DNA of 64,000 nucleotides from contig CAKOXC010000001.1 of assembly GCA_934129945.1 (NCBI GenBank), positions 236,152 through 300,151 of the forward strand, in the 5' to 3' direction. Made by a program: the position numbers and the translations under genes. The notes under the pieces were generated by a model that saw only the letters and a program-made list of their open reading frames with translations, searched no databases and was not told the origin of the DNA. This document shows positions 19,819 through 29,189 of this stretch, in pieces. Positions within the stretch are counted from its first letter, which is position 1, and each line of letters opens with the position of its first letter. This DNA is from an uncultured Bacilli bacterium (GTDB lineage Bacteria > Bacillota_I > Bacilli_A > RF39 > UBA660).

Positions 19819-21099
19819 ATGGAAAGGGTAATAGAGTTTATTGCTATCTTTTTGACGTATTTTTCTTATTTAATAATGTATAAAGTACTAACGATGGAAA
19901 AAATGAAAATGAATTTAAAAAATATGATTATAATGATTGTATTCTCTTACATATCTCTTAAATTTAATGAAATAAATAATGTCTTTATAAACCTAGTTAT
20001 TTCATTAGTTATTATATTTCTTTCAATTAAATTATTTTATAAATCAGATCTTAAAAAAACGATTTTTTATACAATTTTATTAATTTTTATTACATTGATA
20101 AGTGATTCAATAACTTCTTCTTTTATTAAATATAATCATATCAGAAGTTTTGACTCATTTAGGTATAATGTTATTTTAAGATCTTTACTATCTTTTCCTG
20201 TTGTATGTATTTCTTTAATGATATGCTTAATTCCGTTTATTAAAAAAATTTCAAAGGTATTTTATAATAAATATTTTTTGAAATTAAAAGTTAATAAAGA
20301 AAGTTTATTGTGGATTACAATTTTAATAAGTACTATATTAATTATTTTTGGGTTAAATGGATATAATAGAACAAATAAAGCCAAATTTGTAATGTCTTCT
20401 TTATATATTTTTATATTTATTGTTTTATTAATTATAGCATTATATTTACTATATAAAGATTATCAAACTAAAATATTAAATAAAAACATAGTTAATGAAA
20501 ACAAATACATGAAAGATATAGCTAGACAAGAAAAGGAATTTAAACATAATTTAATTAATAATCTTTTAGGTATTAAAACAGTTGCAAGTAAAAAAGTAAA
20601 TCAATTAATTGATGAATTAATATCTGAGTATAAAACTGATTATAAAAATATTTTAAATATAAATGATTTACCAGACGGTGTTTTATCTATTATTTATCGA
20701 AAGGCATATGAAGAAAATATTGATAATTTAAATTTAGCTGTTGACAACAAAATTAAAAAAGATTTAATTGATATGTTATCACCTAAAAATTATAATAAGT
20801 TTTGTACATCAATCGGTATCTTATTTGATAATGCATTAGATGCAGTTAAGTCTTGTAAAGAAAAAATAATTGAAATTAATTTTTTAGAAGATGAAGAATA
20901 TATTTATTATATTCAAAAGAATTCTTTTAATAATGTTATTGATCTTGAACGAACTGGTACTAAAGAATATACGACTAAAAAAAGTGGTCATGGTATAGGT
21001 TTAAATTATGTAAAAAATTTAAAAAATATTGAAACTAAAAATGAAGTAATTAATAATATGTTTATTACAAAATTGAAAGTTAAAAAAATAAAAATGTAG
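19819..21099 (+). CDS. AgrC-like membrane sensor histidine kinase (HPK10 family)
   Basis: About 6-7 TM helices over first 200 aa, H-box EKEFKHNLINNLLGI, GHKL ATPase G-box KKSGHGIGLNYV; start overlaps regulator stop. Confidence 0.85.
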   Translation: MERVIEFIAIFLTYFSYLIMYKVLTMEKMKMNLKNMIIMIVFSYISLKFNEINNVFINLVISLVIIFLSIKLFYKSDLKKTIFYTILLIFITLISDSITSSFIKYNHIRSFDSFRYNVILRSLLSFPVVCISLMICLIPFIKKISKVFYNKYFLKLKVNKESLLWITILISTILIIFGLNGYNRTNKAKFVMSSLYIFIFIVLLIIALYLLYKDYQTKILNKNIVNENKYMKDIARQEKEFKHNLINNLLGIKTVASKKVNQLIDELISEYKTDYKNILNINDLPDGVLSIIYRKAYEENIDNLNLAVDNKIKKDLIDMLSPKNYNKFCTSIGILFDNALDAVKSCKEKIIEINFLEDEEYIYYIQKNSFNNVIDLERTGTKEYTTKKSGHGIGLNYVKNLKNIETKNEVINNMFITKLKVKKIKM

Positions 21100-21118
21100 G
21101 GATTTCCTACATTTTTAT
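21096..21118. terminator. bidirectional hairpin terminator between the convergent kinase gene and agrD
   Basis: TGTAGGgatttCCTACA flanked by T-runs on + and A-runs on the opposite sense. Confidence 0.6.
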
Positions 21119-21234
21119 TTTAACAATTCTCCTGGACAATCAGGTTCATCAAAAACAAGAACTATGCACCCAGTTGAAGCAGAAGCAGCAAGTATTGAAC
21201 CAATTGAAGCCATCAGACCGAAAAATAATTTCAT
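21115..21234 (-). CDS. AgrD-like autoinducing peptide precursor (39 aa; not in ORF track)
   Basis: Minus-strand ORF MKLFFGLMASIGSILAASASTGCIVLVFDEPDCPGELLK with RBS aaatggagg; amphipathic leader, central Cys, acidic tail DEP..P.EL as in staphylococcal AgrD (DEVEVPKEL); immediately downstream of agrB. Confidence 0.75.
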   Translation of the reverse strand: MKLFFGLMASIGSILAASASTGCIVLVFDEPDCPGELLK

Positions 21235-21265
21235 TTGTACCTCCATTTCTAGTCTGTTTTATTAA

Positions 21266-21871
21266 CTAATTCAAACCTTTTTTATAATTCTTATAATTAT
21301 TGAATGGTATACCAAACAATTTATAAGTTAATGGGTTTATAGAAATAATACTCATAATATAAGAAAAGAATATACAATTATTAATTAGAGAATTATTGGA
21401 TAAGAAAGGAATAAACATAAGCACTGTAGAAATAGCTACAGTTAATAATTTATCTAATACTCTTTTCTTCTTATTTATAAGTGGCTTCTTTGGAGTATCA
21501 GCTGGAGCCCATATAATGAAACAGACTAGAGCAATAATACTCATTATTAATATATAAAATTTATTAATAACATAATATTTTATTAATAAAGGAAAAGCTC
21601 CGTAGGTCAAGATTGAAGCAACCCAACAGTGTGAGCTTTTCTTTGCATGAATACCATGTGAAAATAGTCGTAAAAGTAAATAGAAAAGCATTAAAATTAT
21701 TGTTTCTTTAAATGTTTTTAGAAAAAGTGATATAAACAATATACCTAATGTTTTTGTAATTATCGTGTACAGTACTTCTAAACCATATTTGATTTTGATT
21801 TTTTCAGTATCAGTTAACTGATAATACTTAGAAACATAATTTAAATTCTTTTCAGCGAATACTTCTCTCAT
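21266..21871 (-). CDS. AgrB-family membrane peptidase/cyclase
   Basis: 201 aa polytopic; conserved catalytic His/Cys region SHGIHAKKSSHCWVASI typical of AgrB. Confidence 0.85.
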   Translation of the reverse strand: MREVFAEKNLNYVSKYYQLTDTEKIKIKYGLEVLYTIITKTLGILFISLFLKTFKETIILMLFYLLLRLFSHGIHAKKSSHCWVASILTYGAFPLLIKYYVINKFYILIMSIIALVCFIIWAPADTPKKPLINKKKRVLDKLLTVAISTVLMFIPFLSNNSLINNCIFFSYIMSIISINPLTYKLFGIPFNNYKNYKKGLN

Positions 21872-22179
21872 TAATCATACCTCTTTATTAACAAGGTTAT
21901 TATAACTTTTTGAAGTTAAAAAAATTCATAAATTGTCTTAAAAATATTTATAGTTCCTTAATATAGAATTTAGTGATTTAAATCGTTAGTAAAAAAGTCT
22001 TTTAAACATATTTAAGTACTTTTAAGACAAATTTCGACAAAAAATGCAAAACACATGGTATTATCTTTTCATGCTTTGGCAAAGGAAAGCTATAATGTTG
22101 CAAAATTTGTCGAATGCATTTTGTTGAAACATCCTCGAGGCAGTGTTAAATTTAAGTTGAAGGAAGAAGAGGTGAGATT

Positions 22180-22395
22180 GTGAGAAGTAGAGTAAAATGG
22201 TTCAATAACGAAAAAGGTTATGGATTCTTAGAATATAATGATAAAGAAGATATCTTTGTACATTATAGTGCTATTATAAAAGATGGTTATAAATCCTTAA
22301 CTGAAGGAACTATCGTTGAATTCAGATTAGTTGAAACTTCAAAAGGACTCCAAGCTACTGATGTAGTTGAAGTGGAATTAGCTACAATTAAGTAG
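22180..22395 (+). CDS. cold-shock protein (CspA family)
   Basis: VKWFNNEKGYGFL (RNP1) and VFVHYSAI (RNP2); GTG start; long 5' UTR typical of csp mRNAs. Confidence 0.9.
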   Translation: MRSRVKWFNNEKGYGFLEYNDKEDIFVHYSAIIKDGYKSLTEGTIVEFRLVETSKGLQATDVVEVELATIK

Positions 22396-22442
22396 TTTTT
22401 TTTCTGGAATAATGTTATAATTATTCTAAGGAAGGTGATTAA

Positions 22443-22976
22443 ATGAAAATTAGTATACGTGGTGATAAACTAGTCGTTACTAAGGCCATTAAAGAAACTA
22501 TTGAAAGTAAATTAGAAAGGTTAGAAAAATATTTTGAAGAAAATGCTGATATTACAGCTCATGTTGTAGTAAAAGTTAAAAATTTAGATCAAACTATTGA
22601 AGTAACAATTCCAACTAATAGATTTACTTTAAGAGCAGAAGAAACTCATGAAGATTTGTATACTGCTATTGATAAAGTTATTGATAAGTTAGAAAGACAA
22701 ATTAGAAAAAATAAGACAAAATTAAATAATAAATATAAAAATGTAGATAAAATGGATATGATATTAGATTTTGATGTTGAAAAAGATGAAGAAGAAAACA
22801 TTAAAATTGTTAAGAGAAAAAATATTGAAATGAAACCAATGGATGAAGAAGAAGCAGTTTTACAGTCTAGTTTATTGGGACATGATTTCTTCGTATTCAA
22901 GAATATTGATGAGGAATGTGTATCTGTTTTATATCTTAGAAAAGATGGAAGCTACGGAATTATCAACGTTAAATAA
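22443..22976 (+). CDS. hpf: ribosome hibernation promoting factor (long HPF/YvyD)
   Basis: MKISIRGDKLVVTKAIKE...; C-terminal dimerisation extension; upstream of secA as in Bacillus. Confidence 0.9.
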   Translation: MKISIRGDKLVVTKAIKETIESKLERLEKYFEENADITAHVVVKVKNLDQTIEVTIPTNRFTLRAEETHEDLYTAIDKVIDKLERQIRKNKTKLNNKYKNVDKMDMILDFDVEKDEEENIKIVKRKNIEMKPMDEEEAVLQSSLLGHDFFVFKNIDEECVSVLYLRKDGSYGIINVK

Positions 22977-23037
22977 CGAAAAGAGTTTAAAACTCTTTTT
23001 TTTTATGTTACAATAATTACTATGGAGATGATTATAA

Positions 23038-25518
23038 ATGGGCATATTTAGAAAATTAATAGACTCAGAGTATAAAGAATTAAAAAGGTTTGAAAAAATA
23101 GCAGAAGAAGTATTTGCTTTAGATGAAGAGATGCAAGCTTTAACAGATGATGAATTAAAAGCAAAAACTGCTGAATTTAAAGATATATTAGAAAAAAATG
23201 GTGGAGACTTAGAAGAAATAGTTGTTCCTGCTTTTGCTGTTGTAAGAGAAGCTGCTTATCGTGTAATAGGTGAAAAACCATACTTTGTACAAGTTGTTGG
23301 TGGTCTTGCTATTCATTATGGAAATATAGCTGAAATGAAAACTGGTGAAGGAAAGACTTTAACTGAAACAATGCCAACATATTTAAATGCTTTAACAGGA
23401 AAAGGTGTACATATTATCACTGTTAATGAATTCTTAGCTGACCGTGATTCAAAATGGATGGGAAATATTTTCAGATTCCTTGGATTAACAGTTGGACTTA
23501 ACTTAAGAGATATGAGTTCAAAAGCAAAACAAGAAGCATATAATTGTGATGTTTTATATTCAACTAACAGTGAAATAGGTTTTGACTATTTAAGAGATAA
23601 CATGGTAGTTACAAAAGAAGATCGTGTACAAAGACCTCTTAATTTCTGTATTGTTGATGAAGTTGACTCAATTTTAATAGATGAAGCGCGTACGCCATTA
23701 ATTATTTCAGGTGGCCAAGTTAAATCTGTTAATTTATATACAGATGCTAATAGTGCTGTAAAAAAATTGACAAATGAAGAAGATTATACTATTGATGAAA
23801 AAACTAAAAATGTTTCACTTACTGAAGAAGGAAGTAAAAAAATAGAAAAAATTATGCATATTGCTAATTTATATGATATTAATAATCAACCATTAGTTCA
23901 TAATATTAATAATGCATTAAAGGCAAACTATGGATTTCATAAAGATGTTGATTATGTTGTAGAAAATGGCGAAGTAATTATTGTTGATCAATTTACTGGA
24001 CGTTTAATGCCTGGTAGACAATATAGTGAAGGATTACACCAAGCATTGGAGGCAAAAGAGGGCGTTAAGATTAATGCTGAAACTAAAACAACAGCTACTA
24101 TTACATTCCAAAATTTGTTTAGAATGTATAATAAATTATCTGGTATGACAGGTACTGCTAAAACAGAAGAAGAAGAATTTAGAAATATTTATAATATGTA
24201 TGTTATTTGTATTCCTACAAATAAACCAATTGCAAGAATTGATTATCCAGATTTAGTTTATTCAAATGAAAATGGAAAATATAAAGCAATTGTTAAATTT
24301 ATTAAAGAAATTCATTCTAAGGGTCAACCTATCTTAGTTGGTACTATCTCTGTTGAGAATAATGAAAAACTATCTAAATTATTAGATAAAGCAGGATTAA
24401 AACATGAAGTATTAAATGCTAAAAACCATCAAAGAGAAGCTGAAATAATAGCTAAAGCTGGTCAAAAAGGTGCTATAACAATTGCAACTAATATGGCTGG
24501 TCGTGGAACAGATATCAAACTTGGTGATGGTGTCGTAGAACTTGGTGGTTTATGTGTAATTGGAACTGAAAGACATGAATCTCGTCGTATTGATAACCAA
24601 TTACGTGGTCGTTCTGGTCGTCAAGGTGATGTTGGTATGAGTCAATTCTTCGTATCATTTGAAGATGACTTAATGAGAAGATTTGGTACTGATAAAATTA
24701 AAAATATGATTGAATCTCTTGGTATTACAGATGATCAATGTATACGTTCTAAAGCCTTAACTAGAAGTATTGAAACTGCACAAAAGAAGGTTGAAGGAAA
24801 TAACTTCGATATGCGTAAAAATTTACTTGATTATGATAATGTTATGAATCAACAAAGAGATATTATTTATTCAAGAAGAAATGAAATTTTAGATGAAGAA
24901 AATATTCATGATAGAGTTTTAGAAACATTTAGAGATGCAGTAATTGGCCTTGTTAATGCTCATATTGAACCAGAAGGTTATATTACAGAAAATGATAAAG
25001 CTGAAATAGTTGAATATGTTAATACAAATTACTTAAAGAAAAATAATTTGAAAATTGAAGATGTTATTGAACTTGATGATAATGCTTTAGTAGAACATAT
25101 TTATGAATTATTAATTAAAGATTATAATGAAAAAATTAAAAATGCTCCTAAATTTGATGAATTTGAAAAAGCTATTTCATTAAGAATTATTGATAATTTA
25201 TGGGTAGATCATATAACTGCTATGGAACAATTAAAAGAAGCTATTATGTTAAGAGGATATGGACAAGTTAATCCATTACAAGCTTATACTATTGAAGGTT
25301 ATGAATTATTTGATGAATTAGAAAATAAAATTAATGGAAGTATTGCTCAATTCTTATTAAAAGCTAGTATTGAAGCAACTGGTGAAAGAAAACAAGTTAA
25401 TAAAGAAGGAAAAACTAATAGAGATAAAGGAATAACTATTCAATCTAAGAAAATTGGTAGAAATGAATTATGCCCATGTGGCTCAGGACGCAAGTATAAA
25501 CAATGTTGTGGTAAATAA
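23038..25518 (+). CDS. secA: preprotein translocase ATPase SecA
   Basis: DEAD-like motor motifs, 826 aa, C-terminal zinc SEC-C motif CPCGSGRKYKQCCGK. Confidence 0.97.
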   Translation: MGIFRKLIDSEYKELKRFEKIAEEVFALDEEMQALTDDELKAKTAEFKDILEKNGGDLEEIVVPAFAVVREAAYRVIGEKPYFVQVVGGLAIHYGNIAEMKTGEGKTLTETMPTYLNALTGKGVHIITVNEFLADRDSKWMGNIFRFLGLTVGLNLRDMSSKAKQEAYNCDVLYSTNSEIGFDYLRDNMVVTKEDRVQRPLNFCIVDEVDSILIDEARTPLIISGGQVKSVNLYTDANSAVKKLTNEEDYTIDEKTKNVSLTEEGSKKIEKIMHIANLYDINNQPLVHNINNALKANYGFHKDVDYVVENGEVIIVDQFTGRLMPGRQYSEGLHQALEAKEGVKINAETKTTATITFQNLFRMYNKLSGMTGTAKTEEEEFRNIYNMYVICIPTNKPIARIDYPDLVYSNENGKYKAIVKFIKEIHSKGQPILVGTISVENNEKLSKLLDKAGLKHEVLNAKNHQREAEIIAKAGQKGAITIATNMAGRGTDIKLGDGVVELGGLCVIGTERHESRRIDNQLRGRSGRQGDVGMSQFFVSFEDDLMRRFGTDKIKNMIESLGITDDQCIRSKALTRSIETAQKKVEGNNFDMRKNLLDYDNVMNQQRDIIYSRRNEILDEENIHDRVLETFRDAVIGLVNAHIEPEGYITENDKAEIVEYVNTNYLKKNNLKIEDVIELDDNALVEHIYELLIKDYNEKIKNAPKFDEFEKAISLRIIDNLWVDHITAMEQLKEAIMLRGYGQVNPLQAYTIEGYELFDELENKINGSIAQFLLKASIEATGERKQVNKEGKTNRDKGITIQSKKIGRNELCPCGSGRKYKQCCGK

Positions 25519-25776
25519 ATTATATGTATAAAATACCAATTGATGTTATACGTGCTTCAAAAAATGAAAATGCTCTTGACGTACTAGGATTAAAATTAGA
25601 AGATAATAAAATTGTAAAAAAAGAAAAAAACAAAGTTAAGAGTATGAGTTTAAAATCTGAATATGCTGTATAAAATAGTATAAAATTTTAAGAATAAACA
25701 GTATTGTTATCCTAATAACAAATGTTTATACTTCAGAAACGAATATTATGTAACATATAAATAATAATTATTAAAA

Positions 25777-25941
25777 GCAGAAATTAAACGAAACCTAGAA
25801 AGAAAAGAAGTTACTAAAATAACAGGAACAAATGATAGTAAAGATAAAGTAAAATCAACAAGAAAAGTAGAAAAGATAGATGAAAATGAATTATGTTCTT
25901 GTGGCTCAGGTAAAAAATATGAGCAATGTTGTAGTAAATAG
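25777..25941 (+). pseudogene. start-less remnant of a divergent secA 3' end (SEC-C tail)
   Basis: Open frame LLKAEIKRNLERKEV...IDENELCSCGSGKKYEQCCSK* with no start codon; homologous to the SecA C-terminus but not identical to resident secA. Confidence 0.7.
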
Positions 25942-25953
25942 TTTGTTTTATAA
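25924..25953. repeat. 30-bp exact direct repeat copy 1 (caatgttgtagtaaatagtttgttttataa), spanning the SEC-C stop codon
   Basis: Identical sequence recurs at 26115-26144. Confidence 0.9.
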
Positions 25954-26114
25954 GGGTTTGTGAGTTTCTCAATAGTCAAAAAAAGGCAAAAAATTGTGCA
26001 CATAACGCCATTTGTGCACTTTTTGTGTTCATAAGCGAAAAATATATAATACTATGCTTCATAATATTATATATATTAAAAAAAGTAATCTTTGAGTTTG
26101 GTAAGAATCCTAAT

Positions 26115-26144
26115 CAATGTTGTAGTAAATAGTTTGTTTTATAA
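26115..26144. repeat. 30-bp exact direct repeat copy 2
   Basis: Identical to 25924-25953; encodes ...QCCSK* fragment. Confidence 0.9.
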
Positions 26145-26164
26145 AAAAATAGGATGGTGAAAAT

Positions 26165-26749
26165 ATGAAAATAGTTTTAGGCTCTACGAATGTTTCTAAA
26201 AAAAGGTCAATTTTAATTGCAATGAATGAATTAGGATTGGATGACATTTCTATTATCCCTGTTAATGTTAATTCTTTAGTAAGTTCTAAACCTATAAATG
26301 ATGAAACTTTAATAGGTGCAAAAAATAGAAATCATGGTTTATATAATTATTGTATGGAAAATGATATTTCATTTGATTTACTAATTAGTATTGAGGGTGG
26401 ATATGAACAGATAGATAATACATATTTTATTGTTACTTATGCATCAATATTAGACCAAAATGGTAAAGAATTTATAGGAAAATCAAGTGGCCTTCAAATT
26501 ACTGAAAGAATGTTTAACTATGTTAAAGATGGGAAGTCTTTGAATAAAGTTATTGAAAGTATTCTTGGTAATAGTAGTAATAAAAAAGATAATGGAATAA
26601 CTGGATACCTAACAACTGGGTATTATAGGAGAGATATATTTGAATCCTCAGCAGTTATAAGTGCAATGGAAACTTTACTAAATTTTAAATCAAATTACAA
26701 AAAATTAGATAAAAAAATAGATAAAACACATAACATTGGAAAAATTTGA
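26165..26749 (+). CDS. YjjX-family non-canonical purine NTP phosphatase (ITPase/XTPase)-like
   Basis: GSTN..K, GAKNR, ISIEGG, GITGYLTTG motifs parallel E. coli YjjX. Confidence 0.6.
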   Translation: MKIVLGSTNVSKKRSILIAMNELGLDDISIIPVNVNSLVSSKPINDETLIGAKNRNHGLYNYCMENDISFDLLISIEGGYEQIDNTYFIVTYASILDQNGKEFIGKSSGLQITERMFNYVKDGKSLNKVIESILGNSSNKKDNGITGYLTTGYYRRDIFESSAVISAMETLLNFKSNYKKLDKKIDKTHNIGKI

Positions 26750-26949
26750 AATAATTAGTAATATCATATATGATGTTATACATTTTTGAATATGTGATGG
26801 GAACAATGTGCACATTTTGTGATCACAGACTAAAAAATGTATAGTTCTATATATACTATATGTATGGCATAATACCAATACCGTTCAGACCCATTTTTCC
26901 TTGAAATATATATAGTACTATATATATTTCATAGTATCATATATACTGA

Positions 26950-27003
26950 AAAAGGACGAACATGTGGATCTGGACGTAAATATAAGCAATGCTGTGGAAA
27001 GTA
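26950..27003 (+). pseudogene. third SEC-C tail remnant (…GRTCGSGRKYKQCCGK*)
   Basis: 18-codon fragment nearly identical to native secA terminus; no start. Confidence 0.65.
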
Positions 27004-27070
27004 GCGTAAAATAAGGTGTGAACGAAAAATAATGTGTTGACACCTTTTAAATTTAAAAAAGATGTTTTTA

Positions 27071-27684
27071 ATGTAAGAAAATAATATAGTAATATATCAA
27101 CTTGAAGATGAAACAGTATGGTTATCACAACAACAAATGGCTGACTTATATGATACGACTAAAAAAATATAAGTTTGTATATTAAAAATATTTTTGATGA
27201 AGAAGAATTAGATGAAAATAGCACGTGTGCAAAAATTGTACATATGGGTAATGATGGTAACCAAACTTACAATACAAAATATTATAATCTTGATATGATC
27301 ATTTCAATAGGTTTTAGAGTTAACTCTAAAAAAGCAATTAAATTTAGAACTTGGGCAAATAAAATAATTAAAGATTATATGGTTCAAGGTTTTGCATTAA
27401 ATGATGAAAGATTTTTAAAAGCAAAAAAATCTGATCAAGAGTATTTTAAAAGATTACTTGAAAGAAGTATAACTATGTACATGGATGATTGGAAAAATGA
27501 AGTAGAAAATGCCCTAAAAGTTTTCCATTATGAAGTTTTAGAAGGAAAAGGAAAAATCTCACATAAACAAGCAACCCGAAAAGCGGAAAATGAATATGAA
27601 AAATATAAAATTATACAGGATAAGAATTATGTGTCAGATTTTGATAGATTATTAAGTGAAACGAAGCAAATTGAAAATAAATAA
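27071..27684 (+). pseudogene. RhuM-family virulence protein, disrupted (nonsense at codon 2 plus homopolymer frameshift)
   Basis: ATG-TAA then in-frame RhuM N-terminus IVIYQLEDETVWLSQQQMADLY; frame changes inside a 7-A run at 27161-27167; remaining body is in the 27175 frame and matches RhuM (YNLDMIISIGFRVNSKKAIKFRTWA). Confidence 0.7.
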
Positions 27685-27947
27685 ATTGCACATTTGTGAG
27701 GACAAAAAAATCTTGAAATTTGTCATTCAAGAATAAAAAAGATAACAAAGATGACTTATGGGAGTTAGTTAATCATAGATTGTTCTATGATTTTTTTAAT
27801 ATAGAACAATAACTCAAAGTCATCTACTAAATTATCTATGTATTTTGTTATATATTCATTATCCATTCTAATAATATTTTCATAAATTAGAATAGAAGAA
27901 TTTAAATATGAAAATTAATTCTAAAAAAAATTAAAGGAGGATGAATA

Positions 27948-29126
27948 ATGAATAATTGTAATGATTATGAACGAATAAAAAAAAGAATTGAACAAGAGGG
28001 AAAAAAATATCAATATTGCTATGTGCAAGGACCAACAGGACCTCAAGGAGTTCAGGGTATTCAAGGTGTAACTGGCCCAACTGGAGCTATTGGCCCTAAA
28101 GGTGATAAAGGAGATAGAGGAACACCAGGACCAGTTAGTATCGATGTTGGTGATACAGAAACAGTGGAATCTTTTGAAGAAGCTAAAGTAGAAAATGTTG
28201 GGACAAAAGAAGATGTTATTTTGAATTTTAAAATTCCAAGAGGTAAACAAGGTATAGATGGAAATACAGGCCCACAAGGAATTCCAGGACCAAAGGGAGA
28301 AAAAGGTGAGCAAGGACCACAAGGAATAAAAGGTGAAAAAGGTGACCCGGGACCATCTACTATTCAAATTGGAAATATAGAAACAATAGGTGCTACTGAA
28401 GAAGCTGAAGTTATAAATGTTGGAACACCTGTGGATGTAGTTTTAGATTTTAAAATTCCAAAAGGTGATAAAGGAGATAAAGGAGATAAAGGAGATATTG
28501 GCCCAAGAGGCTTACCAGGAGAAATAGGAAGAACAGAACATATTGCTGTAGATGAGACTACAACTTTAGAGCCTGGAGAACCAGCAGCTGTTATGGATAC
28601 ATTTGAAAATTGGGTACATCATCTAGCCTTTTTAATTCCAAAAGGTGAAAAAGGAGAAATTGGAGAAAGAGGACCCCAAGGTCCAGCAGGTCCTCCAGGA
28701 ACAGAATTTGTGTCATCTTATGGAATTAGATATTCAATGACTGATACACAACTTAATTTACCACAAGCAACTGATACGATTATTCCATTACCTGAAAAAG
28801 GAATATCATTTTTAACAGAATATCCAGATGATAATTCTATTAAAATAAAAGAAAAAGGAATATATCTTGTATCGTATTTAATATGTGGAGCGACGAACGA
28901 AGAATGTTCTATAACGTTGTCTGTTAGAGCAAATGACATATTACAACCAGCTACAAATGTGACTAGTGAGTTTAGTGCTCAAATAATTAATAGTATAAGT
29001 GGAACTACTATTGTATCATTACAACCAAATGATCTAATAACATTAAATGTTAAACCATCTAAAACTGTTGATATAAAGTTTAATGGAAATACTAATGCAA
29101 TGTTAAATGTTACTAAAATACATTAA
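27948..29126 (+). CDS. collagen-like triple-helix repeat protein with C-terminal BclA/C1q-like globular domain
   Basis: Three G-X-Y blocks (GPQGVQGIQGVTGPTGAIGPKGDKGDRGTPGP etc.) separated by a repeated non-collagen module ending ..NFKIPRG / ..DFKIPKG / ..FLIPKG; about 130-aa C-terminal beta-rich domain. Confidence 0.75.
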   Translation: MNNCNDYERIKKRIEQEGKKYQYCYVQGPTGPQGVQGIQGVTGPTGAIGPKGDKGDRGTPGPVSIDVGDTETVESFEEAKVENVGTKEDVILNFKIPRGKQGIDGNTGPQGIPGPKGEKGEQGPQGIKGEKGDPGPSTIQIGNIETIGATEEAEVINVGTPVDVVLDFKIPKGDKGDKGDKGDIGPRGLPGEIGRTEHIAVDETTTLEPGEPAAVMDTFENWVHHLAFLIPKGEKGEIGERGPQGPAGPPGTEFVSSYGIRYSMTDTQLNLPQATDTIIPLPEKGISFLTEYPDDNSIKIKEKGIYLVSYLICGATNEECSITLSVRANDILQPATNVTSEFSAQIINSISGTTIVSLQPNDLITLNVKPSKTVDIKFNGNTNAMLNVTKIH

Positions 29127-29189
29127 AAAAATTCTATTCTTTTTAATTAGTTATCATTTAAATTTCAACATAAATTATTGTAAAGGAAG

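Noticed and set aside
22040-22179. Promoter assignment for the cold-shock gene
   Set aside because: A TATAAT at about 22094 is visible, but no properly spaced -35 could be fixed. Only the long 5' UTR is noted.
25777-27003. SEC-C motif fragments as independent small SEC-C/YchJ-like protein genes
   Set aside because: None has a start codon or RBS. The longest opens directly after a stop with no initiator, and the shortest is only six codons. They are better explained as displaced 3' ends of secA alleles.
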